The notes beneath the pieces are model-generated. The model was not told the origin of the DNA and searched no databases. It saw nothing but the letters and a program-made list of their open reading frames with translations. A stretch of 63,589 bases of DNA, taken from Thraustochytrium aureum (taxonomy: Eukaryota). The position numbers and the translations under genes were made by a program. The stretch spans positions 1 through 63,589 of the forward strand of contig BLSG01000227.1 in assembly GCA_012862495.1 (NCBI GenBank), in the 5' to 3' direction. The first letter of the stretch is position 1, and each line of letters starts with the position of its first letter. This document shows positions 46,856 through 57,133 of the stretch, in pieces.

Positions 46856-47342
46856 TTACATGGCGACCCACTCAGCGGCCTTGAACGGGTTTCGCTCAAA
46901 GGCGAAGCCGACGTGCTCTTTCGACAGCCCCAACGTGAACGGCTCGCCCGTGTCGGCTCGCACGCCCCCAGCAATCGCGTCTGCATCGCTCAGTTCCAGG
47001 CGGAAATACTGGCGGCCCTTCAGCGACGAGCGCCCGTCTGGGAACCGTGCGAGGCCCAGCCGGCTCAGCTCGGCGCGAACATCTACCTTGGTCTCCTCGA
47101 ACAACCTCCCTCGCCGCCGCCGCTGCAGGCGATGCGTCCGTCGAGTCGATGTGGCCTCCGGGGAGCTGGCCGTGCAGGCCTTTGCGGTTCTTGAACGCCT
47201 TCAGGATGAGGTACCCATGCGCGGGGTGCCTGGCGATCACAAACGCGCGCGTGGGCGGGGCTTCAGGCCCTGCGTCGGCCACCGCGCCGTACGCCTGACG
47301 CCCGGCACCGAGCGCTGCCCTCTCGTCCACCGAGCCGCTCAT
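46856..47342 (-). CDS. Nudix hydrolase (indel near 47105; 3' end uncertain)
   Basis: 'QLPGGHIDSTDASPAAAAARE' joined across the indel to 'FEETKVD' gives a Nudix box variant. Confidence 0.75.
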
Positions 47343-47904
47343 CTCGGAAGAGCCCNNNNNNNNNNNNNNNNNNNNNNNNNNNNNNNNNNNNNNNNNNNNN
47401 NNNNNNNNNNNNNNNNNNNNNNNNNNNNNNNNNNNNNNNNNNNNNNNNNNNNNNNNNNNNNNNNNNNNNNNNNNNNNNNNNNNNNNNNNNNNNNNNNNNN
47501 NNNNNNNNNNNNNNNNNNNNNNNNNNNNNNNNNNNNNNNNNNNNNNNNNNNNNNNNNNNNNNNNNNNNNNNNNNNNNNNNNNNNNNNNNNNNNNNNNNNN
47601 NNNNNNNNNNNNNNNNNNNNNNNNNNNNNNNNNNNNNNNNNNNNNNNNNNNNNNNNNNNNNNNNNNNNNNNNNNNNNNNNNNNNNNNNNNNNNNNNNNNN
47701 NNNNNNNNNNNNNNNNNNNNNNNNNNNNNNNNNNNNNNNNNNNNNNNNNNNNNNNNNNNNNNNNNNNNNNNNNNNNNNNNNNNNNNNNNNNNNNNNNNNN
47801 NNNNNNNNNNNNNNNNNNNNNNNNNNNNNNNNNNNNNNNNNNNNNNNNNNNNNNNNNNNNNNNNNNNNNNNNNNNNNNNNNNNNNNNNNNNNNNNNNNNN
47901 NNNN

Positions 47905-49818
47905 CGTTCAATTTGCGCGCCACATCGCGCGGGCAGACCACCTTGGGGGCGACGGGGCTGAGCAAGGACGACGCCTCTGGCGTTGTCCGGGACCTTGCGA
48001 CAGTCCTTCGCGTGATGCTCTGCTGCGACGGCGAGCAGCAGGCCCTCGAAGAGCATTGGGCTGGACCAGATCTGCTGGTGAACGAGTGCGTGCGGCGGTT
48101 TGCGGAGAAGACTTCGGTGGCCCTGTGCCATGCCAAGTGGAACGCTCGCAGCGGGGCACTGCGGGCCGTTTTTTGCTCGATGCGGACAGTTCGGGACAAG
48201 CTTTCTGGCCACGCGCTGTGGCGGCTGTCGCCGAGCTATCCTAGGTTTTTCGTGGCAGCAGCCCCATTCGGCGGCCCTCCGCGGTTCGACGCGACCGCCA
48301 CGATGGAGGTGGCGCGCGATGTGGAGGCGGACCTGTGGCGCGAGCTTGCTGCAGCGCGCTACATCGCTGACGGCGAGCTGGTAGCCGTGCTGGGGCCGCT
48401 CGTTCGCGAATTTGTACAAGGCGGCCTCGTGGGCCCTGGCGAGGCGTTTTGCCCCGCCGCGGCTGAGGCTCGCCGTCTCGCGGTCTACCTTTGGGGCGGC
48501 GCTGGCGTTGGCAAGAGCACGTTCACGGGACTTTGGGCGCGCGGCCTGGAGCTCGGGCTCAGGCGCCACGTGAACCCAGCGCTGCAGGTCAACGTGGTCA
48601 AGGTGCCGCTCAATTCGGTGAGCCCGGCTACCTTGCGCACATTTTGCGCATCCAGGGCATCTCTGACTGGTCGGTGGAGCGCATGCTCGAACAGAGCGTC
48701 GCCAAGGACAACCTCGTCGTCCTGCACCTCGAGGAGAACCCCGAGGACGCCGACCTGCAGTCGCGGCTGTTCGCTCAGGTGGACGGCATGGTTCGCCATC
48801 TTTTGGCAAAGTACCCCGAGAAGCCTGGCGCAGTCATCTACTCTATCACCTCAAACTACGAGGGGTGCCCGAGCGTGCTGGCCTCGTGCAGGGCCGCAGT
48901 CCAAGTGGCGCCTCCCGCTGCCGCCGACCAGTTCCGCTGGGCTCGGGCCATGCTGCAGGACAGGGTTGAACGGGCAACTGGTGCTCGGGCTGCTGTGCCG
49001 CGCGTGGTTGTGCACGAGTCCGTCTGCCCGCCCCACTCCGAGGACATGCGCCCTCTCAACCACTGGTGGCTCTCCCTGAGTTTCTACTGCGCAGCGGCAG
49101 CGGCTGCAAACCCTGCCGAAAAGGAAATCCACCTCAGCTCTGCAGCAGACGGCGAGGGCGCGGGCGCGGGCCGATCCCGCATTTCGTTGCAGTGCGGCGA
49201 CACGGCTATACCGCTCAGCACGCTCGACGGCTATTTCTACTTTGACCGCGCCAAGCACGCGACGCCGGAGGCTTGCATCCTCGAGATGGCTGCCCTTGAG
49301 TTTACCAGTCCGTCTGTGATCCTCTTCGACTACAGCGCGTCCGACAGAGGGACGCTCGCTGCGGCCCGCGAGGGTCACGTTCTAGGCGCTCTTGCGGCGT
49401 TTCGTGCGATGGGGGGCTGCACGTGCGCCTTGAGGACATGGGTGAGCTGGAGAGGGAGGAAGACAAGGTGAAGATATACGGTGAAGCGGCTGAGATCCGC
49501 GGCGGTCTGTTCAAGTTCATCGACGACACCAACAACCCAAACGTAGCCATTTCGCGCGCTCGCGGCGACTGCGCCCTCTGCGGGCCGTCTCAGCCCTGCG
49601 CGGCCGAGCCAGGTGAGGTCAGGGTGGCTTGCGTGGTGGCGTCCGTGTCGCAGCTTGGGCAGTTTATGCTGCGCGAGTTGCTCGAGTCGGGGGACAAGTC
49701 GCGCACGCACCGCATTGCGGTCTCCAAGCGCCGCCTAGTGTTCCTGTTGTTTGCTCTGCCGGGCCATGCGCCGACAGCGCAGTGCCTGTCGCGCTCGCAC
49801 TATGTGTTCCGGCCATGA
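47905..49818 (+). CDS. Uncharacterised P-loop NTPase, AAA+-like (5' end in gap; indels near 48643 and 49420)
   Basis: Walker A 'VYLWGGAGVGKST', Walker B-like 'VVLHLEE', sensor-1-like 'YSITSNY'. Confidence 0.65.
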
Positions 49819-50525
49819 TTCCTCGTGCGAGGCCTCTTCGCTCGAGCGCGAGTCGGCGCGGAAGCACGCAAACTCAAGTAGAAGGAGTACTCTGCTATTG
49901 TAAGGTACTCAACATGGTTGGAGTAGAGGAGTANNNNNNNNNNNNNNNNNNNNNNNNNNNNNNNNNNNNNNNNNNNNNNNNNNNNNNNNNNNNNNNNNNN
50001 NNNNNNNNNNNNNNNNNNNNNNNNNNNNNNNNNNNNNNNNNNNNNNNNNNNNNNNNNNNNNNNNNNNNNNNNNNNNNNNNNNNNNNNNNNNNNNNNNNNN
50101 NNNNNNNNNNNNNNNNNNNNNNNNNNNNNNNNNNNNNNNNNNNNNNNNNNNNNNNNNNNNNNNNNNNNNNNNNNNNNNNNNNNNNNNNNNNNNNNNNNNN
50201 NNNNNNNNNNNNNNNNNNNNNNNNNNNNNNNNNNNNNNNNNNNNNNNNNNNNNNNNNNNNNNNNNNNNNNNNNNNNNNNNNNNNNNNNNNNNNNNNNNNN
50301 NNNNNNNNNNNNNNNNNNNNNNNNNNNNNNNNNNNNNNNNNNNNNNNNNNNNNNNNNNNNNNNNNNNNNNNNNNNNNNNNNNNNNNNNNNNNNNNNNNNN
50401 NNNNNNNNNNNNNNNNNNNNNNNNNNNNNNNNNNNNNNNNNNNNNNNNNNNNNNNNNNNNNNNNNNNNNNNNNNNNNNNNNNNNNNNNNNNNNNNNNNNN
50501 NNNNNNNNNNNNNNNNNNNNNNNNN

Positions 50526-53500
50526 TGGTGCAAGCCAGAACGCAGACGAGGACGTCGAGATGGAGGCCGGCGAGGGCGACGACGTGATGGCGGTCAAGGT
50601 AAAGTCGGAGGACGCGGCACTGGAGGCCGAGGCGGACGCAGCCGCAGAGGGCGGCGAGGATGGCGACGTCGACGCCTCGCCGGCCCTGCGCGCCGCCGCG
50701 CGGATCAAGGAGGGCCTGCGGCGCCTGCACCTTGCCGCCCTCGAAGCTGAATCCGTCGCCGAGCTGGAGGCCGTGGCCGAGCTCAACGAGGACTCGGTGA
50801 ACGCGCCTGCGCTTGGGGCCTACGTGACGCCAGTTCACCTGGCTGCCCTCAACCCGCGCGGCGAGATCCTGGCGGCCCTCGTCAAAGCGGGCGGCGACCT
50901 GACGATCAACACGGACACGGGGCCTGTCGCCGCTGATGATCGCCGCGATGGCGCCCGACGGGACGCCCGGGGTGGATGCCCCAGAGGTCGAGCGCGACGC
51001 GACGCTCCCCGAATTCCTGGAGGTCGTCAAACCGGCCCCCACGTTGCAATACCTTGCCGAGGAGCTCGACGAGGACCTGGCCAAGGAGGTCGAGTACCAC
51101 TGGCGCGACGGGCGGCGCAAGCTAACCAACCTCGCAATCGACTCGGGCAGGCTGCACAACGCCGCGTGGATGGCGTTCAACTTTGGCCCCAAGGAATCGC
51201 AGCGATTTCGTCCACACGGCGGGGAGGCCAACCTGCTCGGAGACGCGCTGAGCCTGGGCGACCCACGGTTTTTTCAGCTCTTGTTGTGCCACGAAGACTT
51301 TAAGCGCGAGTTGCGCCGAGAGACGAGCGCCGTGAGCGGGGCCCATTTGCTGACCTCGGCGATCGAGCGCGGAAGCCACTCGGCCGTCCGCGCGCTGCTG
51401 AGCGGCTCCCTGGAGATGCCCCGCGATCCGCCCACCGAGGAAGAGCTCATGGAGCAGTACGGCGTCGCGCTAAAGGCGGGCAAGTCTGCCAGGGCGAGCG
51501 GTGACGATTCCAACGCGTACGCGACCGAAGCCGAGATTAACGCCGCGATCGGCTCGGACAGCGAGGGGGGCAACGAGGACGAGATGGACGAGGCGGCGCA
51601 GGCTGCAGCGGCCCTCGCGGCCGAGGTCGACGCGGACAGCGACCCGCTCAAGCCCCGGGCGCGGCAGTCCCACCTCGTCGCTGCGACTAAGGCTGAGCAG
51701 TACGACCTGGCCAAGCTTTTGATCGACGAGTTCCATGTGCCGCTGGGACACCGAGGTAGGCGCCGCGGGGCCCCGCAAGAGCCTGCTCTGCACGCCGCGG
51801 TGGCCATGGACCAAGTCGACTTTGTCAAGCTGTTCCTGGATCGCGGAGCTGATCCGCGCAGCGTGTCGCGGTCCGGGACGCCGGCGATGCTGCGCGCCCT
51901 GCGCACTGGGAGCCTGGCCTGCGCCCAGCTCCTCCTTGATGCTGGCGTGGAGCTGGACCCCCGCGCCGAGGCGACCAAGATCGAGACAGCCATCAAGGAG
52001 GCGCGCGACAAGCGGGAAGAGGAGGAGCGCAAGCGGCGCGAAGAGGCGCAAAAGAAGGCCAAGGACGGCGCCGCGGCGGCTGGCGGAGTCGAGGGCGAGG
52101 TGGATTCGCCGTTCGCGGGCTGGTTTGTCGTCCTGAGCGGCATCTTCTCCGTGCGCAAAGAAACGATCACGCAGGTCATCGAATCGAACGGCGGCAAGGT
52201 GCAGCCCCAAGTGAACGGCAAGACGACGCACTGCTGCTACTCGGGCCAGGACGGCGTCAACGAGTGGGGCTGCTTGATGGGCAAGGGCGACAGCAAGTAC
52301 AAGATGGCCAAGAAGAAGAAGCTACCCTTCATTGACGAGGCCACCGTGCTTCGCTATCTTCAGGACACCAACGAGCTGCTCACCACGCAGGGCGCCAGCC
52401 TCACGGGCGGCGATGAGCTGTTCAAGGTGGAGGCCCCGTTCAGCCTCATGCACGACGCCCTCGCCGCGGGCACGTCGGGCACGCTCAACGGGCAGGTCCC
52501 GCTCGCCAAGGTGCTAAAGTTCCTCATGGACCGCGGCGTGGACCCCCTCGTCCTCGATCAAGACGGGCGGTCCCCGCTGCGCCTCGCGGTCGAGACCCTC
52601 CCAGACAGCGTGGAGGAGTGCCGCGACGCAGTCCGTACGCTAGCAAGCGTCTCGGGCCCGGCGCACGTCAACGAGTACGACAAGACGGGCTTCAACCCGC
52701 TTCTTGTCGCCGCGGCGCGCCAAAAGTGGGCGTTTCTCCTCGAAGACGGCCTGCTGCTCAACGCAGAGGCCGACGTCAACGCCTACGTGCGCACGCCCGA
52801 GCAGGACCCTCCCGAGGCGGACGAGGCCGCCGACGCTGACGCCAAGACGGCCATGGAGGAGGAGGCCGAGGATCCCGCGTCCGCCAGTGCACCAGCCGCA
52901 GGCGCCGTCCAGCCGGATGCGGAGGCGGCCAACGAGGAGGAGGACAAGAAGAGCGCCGAAGCGGCTGCCGCGGAGGCCGCCGCGGAGGAGGCCCGCCTGG
53001 AAAAGCTGCGCAAGAGGCGAGAGAAGATGCGCGTCAACAGTCACGAGGGTTGGGGGTTTCTGCACTTGGTCGCGGTCGCGTCCCAAACGGAGCTCTTTGA
53101 GCGCGTGCTCGCCTTGCACGGCGACAAGGCCGATTTGAACGCAAAACTGCGCACCGAGGATTCGAGCCCGCTGGTGCTGTGCGCGGCGCGATCGTTCCAC
53201 ATTTGCAAGAGGCTTTTGGAGGACCCGCAGGTCGAGGTGAACGCGAGAAACGCGAGCGGGGTCGGCATCCTCCACGCCGTGTTTGACGCGACCACGGTCG
53301 GCATTCGCACCCCGCCTACGGAGGAGCGCCTCGAGGAGCCCCCGGTAACGTCTAGCCCGGTTACCCTGGCGCCCGGTGGGGTCGGTTTCTCGGGCAGCGA
53401 CGCAGGGGGCGGCGACGGCGGCTATGCCAACTACGGGCGGCGGAATCGGTGGTTTGGCGGCGGGTACAGCGGTGGGTACGGCGGCTCAAGCTGCGACGTG

Positions 53501-56481
53501 GGCGAGACGGCGATCCAGAGCCTGATCCAGTTCGAGCGGTGGCGCGGCGACGCGCTTGATTGGGCCATGTGCGACGCAAAGAAGCGCACCCCGCTGCATG
53601 CGTGCGCCGCGGCAGTAGATGGCACCGCGTGCGCGAGTCTTTTGCTCAAGCACAGGCCCGAGATGCTGGACATGGTCGACGAGCTCGGCAACAAGCCGCT
53701 CGCCTGTGCCTTGCTGGAATCCAAGACGCACATTGCCACCTTCCTGCTCGAGAAGCGCGCTGCGCTCAAGCCGGGGCTGTTTACGCGCGTCGAGGTCCCG
53801 CTTAGCGCAGAGGAGCTCGAGGCGCTCTGCGACGAGCGACTGCCCAAGGACGAGAACGGCCAGCCCGTCGGCGACCTCCCGCCGGCCGACAAGGTGCGGA
53901 CGGAGATCCAGGAGACGTCCGTGTACGAGTACGCCGTGAAGAAGAACATGGTCGGCGTCGTGTTCGCGCTCCTCCAACACCCGGACTGCGACCTGCAAGA
54001 GGCCCTCGAGGCGAGCATCTCGGGCGGCTCGCTTGCGTGGACCGAGCAGCTGCTGCAGTGCTTGGAGGTCAAGGAGCCCGCCTTTGCTGGCAAGCTGATC
54101 CAGCTCCTGTACCGCTGCACCAAGTCGCCCAGCAAGGAGAGCTCGACGCGACTCTTGGAGCTGGCCAAGCGCCTCGTGCACGTGCGCCCAAGCGTCGAGG
54201 CGGATGCGGAAGGCAACAACGTGCTGCACCACTTTGTCAACAACAACCACTTTGCGGCTGGCCTCGCCCCGCTCCTGGCCGTGCTGGGGCCCGACCTCGT
54301 GGCGAAACTCATGGTTTCCACCAACGCGGAGGGCGAGACGGCCCTGCATGTCGCTGTGCGCCGACGGCGGATTCAGGTCCTCGCCGCCCTGCTGGACGAC
54401 CCTGCCTCGGCGAGCGCCGTTCAGATCAAGGACGCCAAGGGCGACCCGCCGCTCCACCTTGCCTTTGCGGCGAGCCACGAGGGCCTTGCGGTGAACACAG
54501 ACGTCATGGCCATGCTCATCGGCAAGGGCGCCAGCCTGCTCGAGCGCGGCTCCTCGGGCAAGTCGGCGGCGGCCGTGCTGGGCGTGCGCCGGACAAGTAC
54601 AGGCTCCAGCTCCAGGAGGCGCTCCCCGTGGGCACCTTTGACGGGGCAGAGGTGCAAAGTGCCATCCAGGCTGCTCGCCTGGAGCGCGACGCAGAGGCAA
54701 GCCGCGCAGAGGCGAAGCGCAGCGCCAAGTTGGTGGAGTACCGCAAGGCGCGCGCCAACCTGGNNNNNNNNNNNNNNNNNNNNNNNNNNNNNNNNNNNNN
54801 NNNNNNNNNNNNNNNNNNNNNNNNNNNNNNNNNNNNNNNNNNNNNNNNNNNNNNNNNNNNNNNNNNNNNNNNNNNNNNNNNNNNNNNNNNNNNNNNNNNN
54901 NNNNNNNNNNNNNNNNNNNNNNNNNNNNNNNNNNNNNNNNNNNNNNNNNNNNNNNNNNNNNNNNNNNNNNNNNNNNNNNNNNNNNNNNNNNNNNNNNNNN
55001 NNNNNNNNNNNNNNNNNNNNNNNNNNNNNNNNNNNNNNNNNNNNNNNNNNNNNNNNNNNNNNNNNNNNNNNNNNNNNNNNNNNNNNNNNNNNNNNNNNNN
55101 NNNNNNNNNNNNNNNNNNNNNNNNNNNNNNNNNNNNNNNNNNNNNNNNNNNNNNNNNNNNNNNNNNNNNNNNNNNNNNNNNNNNNNNNNNNNNNNNNNNN
55201 NNNNNNNNNNNNNNNNNNNNNNNNNNNNNNNNNNNNNNNNNNNNNNNNNNNNNNNNNNNNNNNNNNNNNNNNNNNNNNNNNNNNNNNNNNNNNNNNNNNN
55301 NNNNNNNNNNNNNNNNNNNNNNNNNNNNNNNNNNNNNNNNNNNNNNNNNNNNNNNNNNNNNNNNNNNNNNNNNNNNNNNNNNNNNNNNNNNNNNNNNNNN
55401 NNNNNNNNNNNNNNNNNNNNNNNNNNNNNNNNNNNNNNNNNNNNNNNNNNNNNNNNNNNNNNNNNNNNNNNNNNNNNNNNNNNNNNNNNNNNNNNNNNNN
55501 NNNNNNNNNNNNNNNNNNNNNNNNNNNNNNNNNNNNNNNNNNNNNNNNNNNNNNNNNNNNNNNNNNNNNNNNNNNNNNNNNNNNNNNNNNNNNNNNNNNN
55601 NNNNNNNNNNNNNNNNNNNNNNNNNNNNNNNNNNNNNNNNNGCCGTGCGCAACGAGTATGCTGTGCTTTCTTCGCTCGAGGACGTCGAGGAGACGCTCAA
55701 CCTCGTGCTCGGCGGTGTTTCGCCGGACGACGCGCTCCCGCATCGCCTCAGCACGCTGCGCAGCCTGCTTGGCGTGAACCTGCGCCCCGTCCTGGGCGAC
55801 TCTGACAAGTTCAAGATGCTGAGCAGCATGATGAAAGCTTCAAGCGAGAACCAGACGCTGGTCTACGCCCTGAGGGCCACGCGCTTCGAGGACGCCGAGC
55901 GGTTTCAGCCGTTCGTCGCGGACCGCGGCCAGTTCATCCAGGACCAGGGCCTGCCGCGAAACCGGCTGCTGTTCCACTCCACCGGCGTCGCCAATGCAGT
56001 GGGCATCATGCTCCGGGGCCTGTGCGTGGCGCCGCCAGAGGCGCCTTCGGCCGGCGCGCGGTTCACCAAGGGGATTTACTTTTCTGATTCGTTCTCCAAG
56101 GCAGCCGCGTATGCGCGCTCTCGCGCCGAGTACGGCGGCTCGCGCGGCCGCTTTGGGGCGAGCGCGGGCAGCCTCGACGACCTCAACATCACCTTTGTTT
56201 GCGAGGTCGCGCTGGGCGACAGGCCCTTCGTCGTGCGCCCTGGCACCTCGCACACGGACATGGAGGCCGCTGCCCAGGAGCACACCTCGCTCTTCGCGCC
56301 GGGATCGATGGTCCCGGACCCGGCGGGCCAGTTCATCACGCGCAAGGGCGTCGGCGTCGCCCTGGGCGCAACCACGCGCAACGACGGCAAGCTGTTCCAG
56401 GACGCCACCGGGGGCCATTCCGAGTTTGTCGTGTGGAACGCGGACCGCGTCAAGATCAAGTACGTCTTGCTCTGGCGCTAA
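50526..56481 (+). CDS. Poly(ADP-ribose) polymerase with ankyrin repeats, BRCT and regulatory domain remnant (gaps; indels near 50920 and 54585)
   Basis: Ankyrin motifs ('EPALHAAV', 'RTPLHAC', 'GETALHVAV', 'GDPPLHLAF'); BRCT at about 52110-52360; catalytic 'LLFHSTG', 'GIYFSDSFSKAAAY', 'CEVALG', 'HSEFVVW' (H-Y-E triad). Confidence 0.88.
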
Positions 56482-56890
56482 TCGCCTGGGACGCGCGCGA
56501 GCGTCGAGCCGCGCCAGCAAACCCAACACGAACACGAAAACGAAACCACATCGGCGAGCACATCGCCCCGTTCCGCGCATTCTCGCACGCTTGCAAGAGA
56601 ATCAGTCGCGCGCAGCCGCGCCCTTGCAACCGCCGACCTCGACGACGCCCACGCGGCGCGCAGCCCACGCCACGGTCGAGGGCGGGCCCCATCATCCTCC
56701 ATCCTCCATCCTCCATCGGCCACGGCGCGCCAAGTGTGTCCGATGCCCTTGCCGATGCCAGCCATCCCCTCGAGCAGCGCAGCGAGCGCTCTTGACGGTT
56801 TCGGGGCTCCCGCCTCAGGCGCTCCGTCCGAGTCGTGGCAGTGCACACTCCGAGTTGTTGCAGCTGCCGCTGGTCGGCTGGCGCGCGTGC

Positions 56891-57046
56891 AGGCTGGCAG
56901 GCAGGCAGGCAGGCAGGCAGGCGGGCAGGCAGCTGGCAGGTCCTTGGGCGCTCTTGCGGTTGGCGCGCTGGCGGGCTGGCAGGCAGTCAAGCGAGCGAGG
57001 TCGAGCGAGTGTTGGAGTCCAGGGCTGGCTGGCTGGCTGGCTGGTT
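56891..57046. repeat. (GGCA)n and (GGCT)n microsatellites 5' of the GH5 gene
   Basis: ggcaggcaggcaggcaggcaggcagg and ggctggctggctggctggctgg seen directly. Confidence 0.8.
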
Positions 57047-57133
57047 GGCGAGTCGTGCGCGGCGCTTGCGCTGCTCGGCGCAGTGTGTGACGCTCGCGTT
57101 GGCGCGCTGGTTGGCGAGCAGAGGGCGAGGAGG

